Shown: positions 45,169 to 59,406, counted from the first letter of the stretch. The stretch: DNA of 64,000 nucleotides from Eledone cirrhosa (GCA_964016885.1 OZ024747.1:58838001-58902000); one strand, 5' to 3'. Numbers and translations: made by a program. The notes: generated from the sequence alone by a model not told the origin.

Positions 45169-46489
45169 CAGATTTGTTTTATAATTAAATATTGACATAC
45201 CCGGAAAAAAAAGACAACCTTAACGGTTGGAACTTCTGGATAGTGGAGATAGTACATTTATTGAGGGTAATTCAAAATTATGAGTATGCAAATGAGTGTC
45301 TGAAAGGTTGAAAAGATAACAGTTTATTTAAATTAAACTGTTGAAAGAAGGTGATATGTGAGGGAGAGAGAAAAAATAGAAAAAAGAAAAAAGAAAGAAA
45401 AAGGAAGGAGAAAGATAGAAGAAGAAAGAAAGAATGATTATATATATTGATAGTGAAAATAGAGTGCATGAATAGATAAACAGTGTAAATATATCTAAAA
45501 GAGAGAAGAAATGAGAATAACGTGGAAGAATAATATTTATAATGCAGGATTATATATAACGTTTTGATTATAATACTTATAATGATAGGTTGAAAAATTA
45601 GATTAAAATTAAATTCAAATTAAAAATTAGAAATCAAAATTAAAGATTAAAATTTACCTTAATATTAAAGATTTAATTTAATAATTTAATATTAATAATT
45701 AGTTTAAATGTTAAGGATTATAAATTATTTAAATAAATATATATTATTTTACATTAGAGCAAAACTATTATAGTTTATTTTATTAAAAGTTGTAAGTCAA
45801 AATTTAAACATCCAAATAATTCTAAATTTATGAAAAATATACGAGAGTTTACAAAAGAATAACCACTTAGTTATATTATAAAAACAGTAAGGAGGTGAAA
45901 AGGAAGTTAGAAGTGATTTTTTAAGAACTCAGATGACTCTAAGGATTAAATGTTATAAAGTTAAAAAGTTAAACATTTTTTATCTTAAGAATATAATTAA
46001 AACATGAACCATATGTTATTTTATACGAAGTCATAAATTTACTTGCCATAAAGTTCAAACATTAACATTAAAATTAAAATTAAAACATGAAAAAATGTAT
46101 CTTAAGAATATATTTAAAGCATAAACCATAGGTTATTCCACATATATATAAAAAAAACATATGTTTTTCCACATATATATAAACATTTGGATATATATAT
46201 TAAAAACGTTTGGAGATATAAAAATATAGAAATATAAAAATATAAAAATATTGTAAGGTATGAAAATAATGGTCTTTCAAAGGAATTTTCTAAAGATTTT
46301 TCATAAAACCTTCCGTAAGTTTTTCAAGAAAAAATTTTTTCTTAAAGGAGTTTCAAGCTGTCATATAAAAAAATGTTATAATCTATCAATAGGTGTAATA
46401 ATATAAAGTATATAGTATATATATGTGAAGTAGAGATATGAATCATATATCGATATAGAAGACATTATGTAAAGGAGATAAATCATATA

Positions 46490-47230
46490 TTACATTTTAT
46501 ATATATATTTAAAAGTTGAGTTTAAACGATGTTTGCAGGAACTGAATAAATTATTACGTAAATTAATAGAGTTCTTACATTTTAGTATAAAGAATATTTC
46601 TTCAACACAAAGAGAACAATTTTGGGATAAAGCAGTGTATGAAGGAGCTTTGGAAATAATTTTCCAAAGTAAATAATAGTTAATAGTTGAAGAATTTTTA
46701 CCAATATTCGTAGAGGAACATTTATGGTTATTAAAACGAGATTTGAAGTCTGTGGAAGTAGAGCCGACATAGTTAAAGGAGTTTTCATTTGTTTTCACAT
46801 TACAATTGTATACTATATTTTTAACTAAACAATTATTATTTAGAGGGCAGTTAGATTTATTTCTACAATTACATTTATCTATATTTATATTATTGGGAGC
46901 CGTAACATTATATTGGATATTGCTAGGGGTATTAATGCTATTCTGGTTAGGTTTTAAGTTTCTATTATTAATTCTATTAATATTCTGCGCTAAATTCATA
47001 GTGGTGGAATATGAGAGTTTAATAGTATGTCTATTAAAGATTGAGTAATACCTGTGTGTCTTAGGAAAACACCTATCTAGAGCTTTAAATAATAATTTAG
47101 CAATAGGAGTTTTAATACTTAATGAGAAAGGGGTCACGAACCATAATATATTTCTAGTTCTATTTTTTCTTCTGGTTTTCGAGTTAGTGTAAGGTTTTCT
47201 ATTATAATTATAGTTATGGTTAATTGGCAC
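46490..47230 (-). pseudogene. PLE RT-endonuclease linker plus GIY-YIG endonuclease domain
   Basis: Motifs as above; upstream RT segments are frameshifted. Confidence 0.85.
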
Positions 47231-47827
47231 ATCTTTATTGTCATTTCATTACTATAGCCTGCTCTATAATATTGTGCCTTATCTTCAAATATATTTTTAT
47301 TCGCTGAAATTCTAGAAATAATTTGCTGCACAGAATTTACAATAGTGTTTTTAACGGATCTGGGGTGATTACAATTAAAGTTAACATAGTTTAAATTCTC
47401 GTTTAATTTATGAAATGGATAATAAAGACCAGTGTTAAGGTTTAAAGTTACATCTAAAAAAATTAACTATTTTATAATTATTCTCTACTTCTACTTTAAG
47501 ATTAACGCTATTAAAAAGTTGTATAATTTCTTTTCTTTTCCTATTTATTCCACAATTATTATTATTTTCAATAAGTATTAGCATATCGTCACGATATAAA
47601 CCACCGGTCATGTCTGGTATTTTCCTCTGTAAAGTATTGTTAATAAATATATATATATATATATATATAAGTAGATGTTTTAAATACTCGCATACTGAAC
47701 AGCCTCAAACTGAAGGACGACTCAAATGAAAGGGAGAATGAAAGGAAAGTTATAACGAATCAAGTTCTGAATATCTTTGCACCCACATGAAGTAACGGCT
47801 GAAACTTCAATATCTTTGCCTTTTTTC

Positions 47828-47910
<83 letters not shown>

Positions 47911-47914
<4 letters not shown>

Positions 47915-48365
47915 ATATTAATAAATGGAAACTATATTTATAAAACCATATTTATTTTATTATACATATTTCAAGGGCAACCAAGGCAAATTATGGTGCG
48001 CTTTCATCAGATAAAATACAGATTTGTTTTATAAATAAATATTGACATACCCGGAAAAAAGACAACCTTAACGGTTGGAGCTTCCTGGATAGTCACTTCC
48101 AGGAAGCTCCAACCGTTAAGGTTGTCTTTTTTCCGGGTATGTCAATATTTATTTATAAAACAAATCTGTATTTTATCTGATGAAAGCGCATCATAATTTG
48201 CCTTGGTTGCCCTTGAAATATGTATAATAAAATAAATATGGTTTTATAAATATAGTTTCCATTTATTAATAAATTGTGTATTTACTCCACTAACTTGATG
48301 AGTGCTTTATATCAGTTATAAAAAATGTTAAGCTTGTTTAATCCCAACAAATTAAATATAACCTC

Positions 48366-48370
<5 letters not shown>
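47911..48370. mobile_element. PLE pLTR fold-back (family D): arms 47911-48089/48098-48276 plus tail; HHRs at 47953-48018 (-) and 48169-48234 (+)
   Basis: Left arm nearly identical to 45061-45240; ~179-bp inverted repeat with 8-nt spacer. Confidence 0.9.
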
Positions 48371-48403
<33 letters not shown>

Positions 48404-48409
48404 TATATA

Positions 48410-48484
<75 letters not shown>

Positions 48485-48487
<3 letters not shown>

Positions 48488-48766
48488 GAGTTCTATTCTC
48501 GGACCTGGATTGCGTTGTATTCTTGAGCAAGACACTTTATTTTACGTCGCTCCAATTCACTCAGCTGTAGAAATGAGTTGCAATGTCAAGTTATATTGGC
48601 CTTTGCGTTTCCCGTAGACAAGATCGATGGCGTGTAGAGGGGAGACTGGTATGCATTGGTGACTGTTAGTCTTCTACAAGCCCGAACTTGTGCCTCGGAG
48701 GGGAACTTTCTATGTGCAAATCCCATGGTTATTCGTGACCGAAAGGGGTCGTTACCCTTTACCCTT
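48485..48766 (+). mobile_element. tRNA-derived SINE (family S2), 5'-truncated
   Basis: cttgagcaagacactttattttacgtcgctccaattcactcagctg core; (TTACCCT) tail. Confidence 0.65.
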
Positions 48767-48792
48767 ATACATACATACATACATACATACAT

Positions 48793-49070
48793 CTCTATCT
48801 ATCTAAGGCGGGTAAAATTCCCGAGATCCATGGACGAGTTCTCTCCAGCGGTCTCTGTCCCTCATTATCGCTGCCATGTCCTGCGTCTCCAACAGACCAG
48901 TGTCTGTCCTTAGGGCATCAACATATGTTAACCTTGGTCTTCCTCTTCCAGTGTGTCCATGTAGGGGCTCCCAAAGGAGCACGGAGTGCAATGTCAACTC
49001 TGGATGTCGGTGAGCATGTCCAGCCAACCTCAGTCTCCTCTGTGTCACTTTTGAGCTGACTTTTGGGAGG
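48793..49070 (-). mobile_element. RTE 3' end (same family as 6328-6620)
   Basis: LPKVSSKVTQRRLRLAGHAHRHPE...EFYPP* plus (TAGA)n. Confidence 0.9.
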
Positions 49071-49228
49071 TATGTATGTATACATACATACATACATACA
49101 TACATATTATACATACATACATACATACATACATACATACATACATACATACATACATACATACATACATACATACATACATACATGCATGTCTATGTGT
49201 GGGTGTATATATATATATATATGTTTAA

Positions 49229-49573
49229 TTAATTAAACATACGGTATATTGCCAAATATACTATGCATACATTCATGTATACATCGCTATTTCGGAGCAC
49301 CAGTCCTAATACTTAATTTTTGCTGGACCGGCAATAGCTCTATATAATCAGCTCCTGATTATTACTGTAATTCTAAAGGAATCCAGCTTCTATAATTTTC
49401 GGCGGAAAAGGGCAGTACGTAGCTCTGATGATTGCCAATGAGCATGAAACAGACTGTTAGCTGCTCTGCCTTCTTTCGCTGAAAAAAGCAAGTGACATAG
49501 TGACTACTTCAAAAATTATAGCGTAAGGTTTTCAAAATGTTTTAATTAAGCATAAGGTATATTGCCAAATATA
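49229..49573 (+). mobile_element. Single-HHR element with ~32-bp terminal direct repeat (313-bp monomer)
   Basis: aattaa.cata.ggtatattgccaaatata at 49231 and 49544; (TA)n flanks. Confidence 0.75.
49396..49485 (+). ncRNA. Type I hammerhead with extended stem I
   Basis: GTAGCT-CTGATGA-tTGC caatga GCAt-GAAA-CAG a CTG-TT-AGCTGC; outer pairing ttttcggcggaaaagggcag/ctgccttctttcgctgaaaa. Confidence 0.8.
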
Positions 49574-50083
<510 letters not shown>

Positions 50084-50210
50084 ATATATATATATATATA
50101 TATATTGGGATATATCGTTAACGTGTATTAGCCTCACAGTAAGAGTGAGAGACGACTAGGGAAAGATATAGACAGAGAATCTGTACTGTAACAGCATCAG
50201 CAGCAGCAGC

Positions 50211-50275
<65 letters not shown>

Positions 50276-50278
50276 CAT

Positions 50279-50309
<31 letters not shown>

Positions 50310-50664
50310 TGTAGAAGCATGAAGATTTTAGTATTCTACTAATGATAGTGGTGGTTGTTATTGCTGGTTGTGTGTGTGAAATTCCTTTGTTCACGTCAAT
50401 ATAGAAGCGACTGCATCATATTGCAACAAGTGGCCGGATAATGACGGCAATGTTGATGGCGTCCACCATACATTTAGCATCAATGAATACGCGCTAACAC
50501 GGCCTACACATCCGATATTGAATAATATATTACTATTGTATTAGTATTGTCATAATGGATCACTACCGATGGGCGAGCTGGCACCCAGCCATTACATTCT
50601 ACTTGTTCACTCCTACCTAAATATATACCTTTATTATATTACTAATGGACTCGTGCTGTCAATA

Positions 50665-50880
50665 AAGATTTCTTATATAGGCACAAGGACAGTAATTTTA
50701 GGGGGAGGGGAAAGTCGATTAAATCGACCCAGTACGTTGCTGGTGCTTTATTTTATCGACCCCGTAAGGATGAAAGGCAAAGTTGACCTCGGCGGGATTT
50801 GAAATCAGAACGTAAAGGGTCGTAACTCTATGCTGCTAAGCATAGTATCCGATTTTCTACGGATACTGCCAATCCACCGC
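50665..50880 (-). mobile_element. tRNA-derived SINE (family S1), near full length
   Basis: Head gcggtggattggcag, B-box variant, conserved core. Confidence 0.85.
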
Positions 50881-51772
50881 TCTCTCAATAATGAAGCCAA
50901 TAGCATTGAGCGTAATTAATTCTTTGGAGTACAGAATTTATATGACATATATTAGGATTAGCGGTTGTGTGAACAATCATACGAACTGGAAAATTTGTGT
51001 TTTGATAAATTAATGGTTTGCATAAGAGAAAACTTATAATTTATGTTGATTACTGGAACGTGGGAGTGGTTAAAAGGAAGGATGATGTTTTAATTTTAAT
51101 TTCTAGGATATAACCGCACAAAACCTCAAGATATATGTAAAAATATCATATGATTAAACGTGGGAGTAACTTTGAAGAAATAGCTATATATAGGGATAAA
51201 TGGAGGTTTAGAACCTAGGGAATTTTTATTGTAGCAAATATGAGTTGGAAATGAATAGTATGTATGTATTTGTGTATATAAATTCTAAAAGGCTACGACG
51301 GGTATATATATACAAATATGTTAATACACATGGCGTATTATTATGGTAGATAAAGTTAGTCATTTCTACCAGTAACCAAACAGTCATCTGACCAGCCAAC
51401 TGGCCAGCAAACTCATCAGGTAACCATCTCGCCTGCCATTCGATCACTTCTCCAATTTGCTTTCCAGATACATTTTTCCAGGTACACATGTACAGAAACA
51501 TACATATGCACATATACACACATATATTAATATATTACACTCACATGACAGACACACATGTCCATACGTTTATAGATGTGTCTATATATGTATACAGGGC
51601 CAGATTTAATCAGGGTGCAAAATGGCCAATTGCCAGGTCTAAGCCTAGCAGATTTCTTTTTCTAAGATGGCTAACTGAATAAGCACGAATGTTTTTCCCC
51701 CTTTATTCTTCCTTTTCCCCGTTCCTTCTTCTCACCAGTCTTTACATTATGTTTATCTTCTATGTATACCTA

Positions 51773-51808
51773 TCCTCTGATGAAGGACTAGTGTTCGAAA
51801 CATTAAGA
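51773..51808 (+). ncRNA. Hammerhead (family B), slightly decayed
   Basis: CTGATGA-A-GGAC tagt GTTC-GAAA-CATT-AAGA. Confidence 0.6.
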
Positions 51809-51935
51809 ATCGCTTGCTGTTATTTTCAAGTTTTAAACTAATATATTTCTTCCTTGTACTGAGACGCTTGTTTCGTTATTTCTATTTATATTTATATACA
51901 CGTATACATACATAAATACATTATATATATATATA

Positions 51936-52234
51936 AGCAAAGGGATATTTAATATGTTGGTAATTCAACAAATATATTTATAACAGATTCGAAGAACTAG
52001 ACAGATTTTCTGGAGTATAATATCAATGATATTAATAAATGGAAACTATATTTATAAAACCATATTTATTCTATTATATATATTTCAAGAGTACCAAAAC
52101 TTTGGTACGCCCTCATCAGATAAAATACAAAATTTGTTTTATAAATAGTGATATACACAAGAATAAGATCTGATTCCTGGGTATGTCACTATTTATAAAA
52201 CAAACTTTGTATTTTATGTATTTATTAATATCAT

Positions 52235-52240
<6 letters not shown>
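51936..52240 (-). mobile_element. Family D-related fold-back element; HHR at 52067-52127 (-), deleted from the opposite arm
   Basis: TATTTTAT-CTGATGA-GGGCGTACCA..TGGTACTCTT-GAAA-TATATA-TA-ATAGAATA; tail homologous to 48277-48370. Confidence 0.8.
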
Positions 52241-52321
<81 letters not shown>

Positions 52322-52896
52322 CGAGAGCTTAATTCGTTTTGCGATATTTTGCAACTTTGCAATAACCACACATACTGAATTCATCCGCCAAAACTAGGGA
52401 TTCTCTCCCTTCTAAGTCCGCACGAGGGTTTAGATAACGGTCAGTTCCTTAGCTTTGCATAGAACAAAATGCCTGTTGAAAAAGTTACTTCCTTGTTCGA
52501 TCATCATACCAAAAGCTTAGCATTATTTGTAATGCACTTGGGATAATTGCTGGCCTTGTGCCTAAAGTAGAAACAATTATTTGTTTAAGCAGACAGTACT
52601 TGATTTATGAGTTGCAGAAAGCCCATATTGGATTTTACCACCGTTTCCAAGAGGTCCTTTTTCAATCATATTTTATTATTTGATTGACCTGAATAGCTTG
52701 CTTGCTTCCATGGCTTTGCGGTTAATGGTTTAACCATCGTCTCAGTGTGTTTGGCCTTTTAACGTAAGTTTATTGCTCTAGTTCACTCGTTTCTATTGAG
52801 CGCTTGCCACACATCTCGGAAGTTGTTTTTCGCTAATTTCCAATAGCCTAAATGCGATTCTCGCTAATTTATATTTATATATATATATATATATAA

Positions 52897-53163
<267 letters not shown>

Positions 53164-53899
53164 GTAGTCAGAGGGAGACAGAAAGGCGGGGGTGCAAAAA
53201 AGAGATATTGAGAAAGAATTGATCCCAGTCTTGACTTGACACTTAATTTAAAAACCTGTATTTTATGTCAGGTAAAGTAGAACTCAACATGCAGCCAGCC
53301 GGATCAAAACAAAACAAAGACTGGCATCTCAGACCATTTGCTATTGTAAGGATATCACGCTATCGTCAGATGATGCTTAAAAATGCAGTTCTCTCTGATA
53401 AACTCATATAAAATACCAGTGACATATTGGATGCACTACTGTTATGACGAAGAATTAAATGATTTGTAGTAATTCATTGCGTCCATTTTACCTTAAGAGT
53501 TCAAATACTGGTGAGGCAGATTCCGACTTTCATCCTTCGAATTGTCAGTAAGATAATTATTAGTCATGTATTGGCTTTACAAACTTATAAATCAATATTT
53601 CATATTGGTTCATTCCAAACAACTCTAATCAGATGAAACGACAATTCACTGAGGCGTTTTGATCTTGCTTATGTTATTGTTGTAGCTACTATTGTTATTG
53701 TTGTGTGGTGGTAGTGGTGGTCGTCGTTGTAGGGAATGTGATGGTTGTAGCTGTAGTTGTACCTGATTTCAGTTTTTGAACTCTGTGTCTATCGACATGA
53801 AACAAACCGAGGTCAAGACTGGATTTCAATTCTACGTTAAATTCGGTTTATATGATTCTTCACATATGTCATTAATGTTCGCAGAAATATATCAACATG

Positions 53900-53942
<43 letters not shown>

Positions 53943-54091
53943 AATATATATGTGTATGTGTATGTATGTGTGTATGTATGTATGTATGCGTGTGTGTGTG
54001 TGTGTGTGTGTGCGTGTGTATGTGTGTGTGCGTGTGTATGCGTGCGTGTGTATGCGTGTGTGTGTATGTGTGTGTGTATATATATGCATAT

Positions 54092-54133
<42 letters not shown>

Positions 54134-54390
54134 TTCACTTCCCTTGCAGTATGGCGTCTTTGCAACATGCAAGACAAGATTAATTCGCTTTGAAGTCAAA
54201 CAGATACCTAATCTATAAAATGACCCCTGCAGGTATGTGGGCACGTGTGTGTACTGTGTATCTTATAGTGTATGACATATATTGATCTATGTAATAGTAA
54301 ATATATGCTAGTGTTGAACTCTACGTTGTATATGAGTTTATTGAGCTGTAGTGCATTTGTATTCAGTCTGTGCGTTGATACACTTATTTA

Positions 54391-54485
<95 letters not shown>

Positions 54486-54909
54486 GTTTGATATAACTAT
54501 AAATATGTAGGGTAGTACTAAGTACTAGCCGGTTACCGGTATGACAAAAGGTTCAATGTAAATTTTCAAGTGTTTTACACGTTTCCGAGATTCCTTATGC
54601 TCCGATGATTTCAGACTTCACTCTGGAAGAAACAATTGTCAGCTAATAAATGTTCTAAACTAAAATTTGATCGTTTTAACACTTTATATATATATATATA
54701 TATATATATAGATAGATAGATATATGTCTGTGTGTGTGTGTGTGTACATGGGTATGCATGTGCATGTGCGTGTGCGCGCGTATGTACTTCGTTTTGGGAT
54801 TTCTTTTGCAAGATTTCTTATCTGAAAACGTGTGTTGAAACAGATAGTTATACTTTGGGAGGGTTGTGCTGCCAATAAAAACACATTATTACGATCGGTT
54901 ACTAAAACG

Positions 54910-55530
54910 GACCATAACTGGATCATACGTTTCTTTACCTGGAGGAACAGCTATTTAAACCTGTGCCGGTGGAAAGGTACTGGAAATAGCTTTGTTAAAG
55001 GCTTTCGGATTCGAATGAAGCGAAGCCATTTGGCGGGTATGCAGTTGATTTCAGATTAAAAGTATTCACTGCTCCAGTTATTTGTCTCTAAGACTTAATT
55101 TGTAGATTCTTCACCCACCTGGAAGATTGGGAACGCTCTTTAACCAGTCGAGTGCTCTATTATCCAATTTTACCCATACAACAATTACCTTACCACCGAT
55201 AATGAACTTCATGGAATAGATTACTCCTTAAAGAACATTCCTACCCCTTCTAATAGGATTTATCCGGAACTCCAAATGAAAGTCACAGATGTGGTTAAAA
55301 ACCTTAGATAGCTGGAATACGAGTATATAGTAAATGTTTCTGGCACAGTGAATAATTTAAACCTGAAATCAACTAAATAACCACCCAAAGTAACTGGCTT
55401 CGCTTCCTTCGAATCCAAAAAACAAGCCCTTTAACCTTTTAACTAAACTATATTTGGTTCCTTTTCACCAGCACGGGTTGAAAAATTGTTCCCCCAGGCC
55501 AATGAAACGTATGTTCCTAGTATGGAACCG
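54910..55530. mobile_element. Old fold-back PLE derivative (arms ~54910-55082/55332-55530) retaining an ORF N-terminus on + (55201-55420)
   Basis: Frame from 55201 reads NELHGIDYSLKNIPTPSNRIYPELQMKVTDVVKNLR*LEY...NLKSTK*PPKVTGFASFES, recalled as a PLE N-terminal motif; preceded by GAGTGCT at 55150. Confidence 0.6.
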
Positions 55531-55630
55531 TTGTATGGAACCATTGACCTTAATAATAATATATATATATATACACACATATATGTTTGTGTAAGTGTCT
55601 CTGTTTATATAAATGTATGTAGTATGCATG

Positions 55631-55661
<31 letters not shown>

Positions 55662-55668
<7 letters not shown>

Positions 55669-56081
55669 AGATCAAAAGATGGTTAAAGGAGTTCCATGTA
55701 TTTTATTATGCGCATTTCAAAAACAAACATCATCATGCAATAATATTTGTGTTTTCATCAGATAAAACAGGAGAACATGATATGAAGGCTAAAAAACACT
55801 TGTGGATAGTGCAGTTTTAAATCAACATTGTTGATTTAAAACTGCACTATCCACAAGTGTTTTTTAGCCTTCATATCATGTTCTCCTGTTTTATCTGATG
55901 AAAACACAAATATTATTGCATGATGATGTTTGTTTTTGAAATGCGCATAATAAAATACATGGAACTCCTTTAACCATCTTTTGATCTTATATTATGCATA
56001 CTCCAGTCCTACAAACTGTAGAGTGCTTCTTATCCGATATCTGCATTGCTTTATTGTACTACAATAAAACTCACCTCCTAC

Positions 56082-56083
<2 letters not shown>
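55662..56083. mobile_element. Fold-back HHR element (family F, copy 2); HHRs at 55700-55768 (-) and 55888-55956 (+)
   Basis: Perfect palindrome with 1-nt centre at 55828; near-identical to 49678-50083. Confidence 0.9.
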
Positions 56084-56128
<45 letters not shown>

Positions 56129-56776
56129 TAATCTCCCACTAGGTTGAAATAAAAATTTGGCTGTATTGTGCTGTGCTTTCTAGCAAAAATGCCACCAGTC
56201 GTAAGCAACTACCACACCCCTTCCAACTTGACCGCGATTACGTCACGATTTTTAGCCATTTTGAAATGAATTCTTGGCGCGATCGTTTTGGAAAATTTAA
56301 TGTCTTGATATGAGCGAGCTTCCTGAAGAATCCGGCGCTCGAGTTTATATAATTATTACATAATTATTGGAAAACTCAAAACACGGACGAAACCATGGTA
56401 GAGGTATTTAAATGTATTCTATTTTCTCCTAGTTTATTTTAAACCTAATTCTGTTTAGTTGACTATATCTAGACGATTACGCTGTCGAAATATTCGATAA
56501 ATATTCCACTACGGCCGACGCGAAGCGCTAGTTTTGGTTATTGGTCAGAGATTCCTTCATAGAAGCCTCATTCGTATAGCCTGGTCTATTCGATTTTTTA
56601 TATAGTTAATTATGCTAATTGGGAGAGGAAATAGTATATATTTTATCTTGTGATTCTATAGACATGTTTTATGATATATAGCTCTGATTGTTTAATTTAT
56701 TAATTTTTCATTGAGCTACAAAGTGACCGGTTGCAAAACACGTATGTGTATGTGTATGTATATATATATATGTAAA

Positions 56777-56807
<31 letters not shown>

Positions 56808-56814
<7 letters not shown>

Positions 56815-57222
56815 AGAAAAGAAGAGAATCAGTGTTGCGACGAATGGAATGTATTGGACATATTAAAATCGTTTCTCTGGTGACCAGCTCGAGGCACGAT
56901 CGATGTGATGATCGAGTCTGACTTTGAAAAACGCAAGGTCCTCAGATAACGTCTTGATTCTTGAGGCCAGTTACTTTGGGTGGATTTTTAGTAGAATCAA
57001 GACGTATCTGAGGGCCTTGCGTTTTTCAGAGTCAGGTTCGATCACCACATCGATCGTGCCTCGAGCTGGTCACCAGAGAAACGATTTTAATATGTCCAAT
57101 AAATTCCATTCGTCGCAACACTGATTCGCTTTTTTTCTGTGATATCATACTCTGCTCTATGAGAGCATCGAGTGCTCATACGGCCTACCGCATACGGACG
57201 CTTTAAGCATCCAACACCAATT
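56808..57222. mobile_element. Fold-back element (arms 56808-56961/56993-57145) plus TACTC..GAGTGCT tail; no canonical HHR
   Basis: Reverse-complement arms visible; (TA)n flanks. Confidence 0.85.
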
Positions 57223-57371
57223 ATATATATATATATATATATATATAAGGGCGCTATTAGTGGTTGGCCGTGGCAATGTATGTGGTGCTGATATATGTGG
57301 CAAGAGTTGTGGTGATAGTAATTATTTTATTATTGTTGTTTATTGTGGTAGAAGTTGTAATGTTATTGTTC

Positions 57372-57532
57372 TCAGAATGGCAAGGGACGCATAGAGTTAC
57401 GGCCCTTGCCATTCTGAGTTCAAATCCCGCCGAGGTTAACTTTGCCTTTCATCCTTATGGGGTCGATAAAATAAAGTACCAGTAATGTACTGGATAATTG
57501 CTGGCCTTGTGCCAAAAGTAGAAACAGTTATT
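57372..57532 (+). mobile_element. tRNA-derived SINE (family S1)
   Basis: ctgagttcaaatcccgccgaggttaactttgcctttcatcc...gtagaaac. Confidence 0.85.
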
Positions 57533-57624
57533 GTTATTGGTGGTTGTAGTGGGTCTAGTGGTGTTGTCGTTATTTGTGGTCATATTGGTATTGTTGTTGA
57601 TGGTATTGTTGTTGTCATCGTTAT

Positions 57625-58375
57625 TGTTATCGGCTGTTGTAGTAGTATTGTTGTTGATGATACCGTTGTTGTTGGTTATCGGCTGTTGTAGTGATATTGT
57701 TGTTGGTGATACTGTTGTTGTTGGTTATCGGCTGTTGTAGTGATATTGTTGTTGGTGATAATGTTGTTGTTGGTTATCGGCTGTTGTAGTGATATTGTTG
57801 TTGGTGATACTGTTGTTGTTGGTTATCGGCTGTTGTAGTGATATTGTTGTTGGTGATAATGTTGTTGTTGGTTATCGGCTGTTGTAGTGATATTGATGTT
57901 GATGATACCGTTGTTGTTGGTTATCGGCTGTTGTAGTGATATTGTTGTTGGTGATACTGTTGTTGTTGGTTATCGGCTGTTGTAGTGATATTGTTGTTGG
58001 TGATACTGTTGTTGTTGGTTATCGGCTGTTGTAGTGATATTGTTGTTGTTACTGTTGTAGTTGGTTATCGGCTGTTGTAGTGGTATTGTTGTTGTTGATA
58101 CTGTTGTTGTTGGTTATCGGCTGTTGTAGTGATATTGTTGTTGGTGATACTGTTGTCGTTGGTTATCGGCTGTTGTAGTGATATTGTTGTTGTTACTGTT
58201 GTAGTTGGTTATCGGCTGTTGTAGTGGTATTGTTGTTGTTGATACTGTTGTTGTTGGTTATCGGCTGTTGTAGTGATATTGTTGTTGTTGATACTGTTGT
58301 TGTTGGTTATCGGCTGTTGTAGTGGTATTGTTGTTGGTGATACTGTTGTTGTTGGTTATCGGCTGTTGTAGCGGT
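57625..58375. repeat. 49-bp GT-rich minisatellite, about 15 copies
   Basis: ggttatcggctgttgtagtgatattgttgttggtgatactgttgttgtt at 57674, 57723, 57772 and onward. Confidence 0.92.
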
Positions 58376-59278
58376 ATTGTCGTTATTGGTGGTCGTAGTG
58401 ATGTTGTTGTTGGTGATATTGTCGTTATTGACGGTCGGTGAGGTGGTGGTGTTGATGATGATGTTATTTGCAGTCGTAGTAGTGATTTTGGTGGTGATGT
58501 CGTTATTGACGGCCGTAGTTGTGTTGATGAAGATGATGATGATGTATTTATTGGCATTCGTAGTGATGTTGCTGTTGATGGTATTGTTGTTGTTGTCGTT
58601 AATAGCTGTCGTAGTGGTATTGTTGTTGATGATGTTGTTGTCGTTGTTATTGGCGGTCGTAACGATATCGTTGATGATATTGCTGTGGTGGTGGTTGGGG
58701 GCGGTATTTAGCAATGGTGGCAATGTAAGGAAGAAAATAAAACTATAAATAAATTGTGATGACATCTCGAAACGGCAATAAATTCAATACTTTTAGTTTT
58801 GCTTTGAGACGATTGAAGTAAATACGTAGAAGGAGAAAAAGAAATTATTTGTTAAGGACCGAAAACGTGGTTTTTATTTCAGTCATTCGATTAGACTTAA
58901 CCCCAACAACCCTTAATAGAAATTTTCCCAACTTTCAGGTTATTTTTAGGTAACATTTAAAAATATATCTTATTCTTCAAAAATCCATTTTAAGAAAAAT
59001 AACTTTCTTTTTGCTAACAAAAGTATCTAATTGAAGTAATATATCATTCTGGCAGAAAATCGATATCACGTATCAATTGATTGAAGTTTTGTGTCCTTAC
59101 AGGTTTTAGTGGAATAGTATGGTAGAAGACAGTACAGAACGGCGAAATGTGTATGTAGATGTATATATATATATGCACATACACATGTATATATATATAT
59201 ATATACATACACATGTACGCATATATAAATATATATATATATATACACATACACATATGTACATATATATATATATAT

Positions 59279-59355
<77 letters not shown>

Positions 59356-59374
59356 CATATAACACATACGTATG

Positions 59375-59406
<32 letters not shown>

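Larger units (their letters stand above)
45061..47650 (-). mobile_element. Penelope-like element, 5'-truncated: RT C-terminal half, GIY-YIG endonuclease, AT-rich 3' region, HHR-containing pLTR (45061-~45245)
   Basis: GGLYRDDML near 47580-47610; FLDVTLNL..NHP; ORF 46490-47230 with RNILWFVTPFS, IFNRHTIKLSYS, CNCRNKSNCPL, IVY..YVGST..FKSRFNNH, CSLC, SCKH. Confidence 0.9.

Noticed and set aside
47911-48276. Interpreting the inverted repeats as MITE TIRs or terminators
   Set aside because: Asymmetric tails, variable centres, embedded HHRs and identity with a PLE terminus fit pLTR inversions better.
56125-56532. Helitron-like end (GC-rich segment then CTAGT)
   Set aside because: Hairpin is unconvincing and there is no second copy in the window.
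57625-58375. CRISPR-like regular repeat
   Set aside because: The whole 49-bp unit repeats with no unique spacers, there are no cas genes, and the context is eukaryotic.
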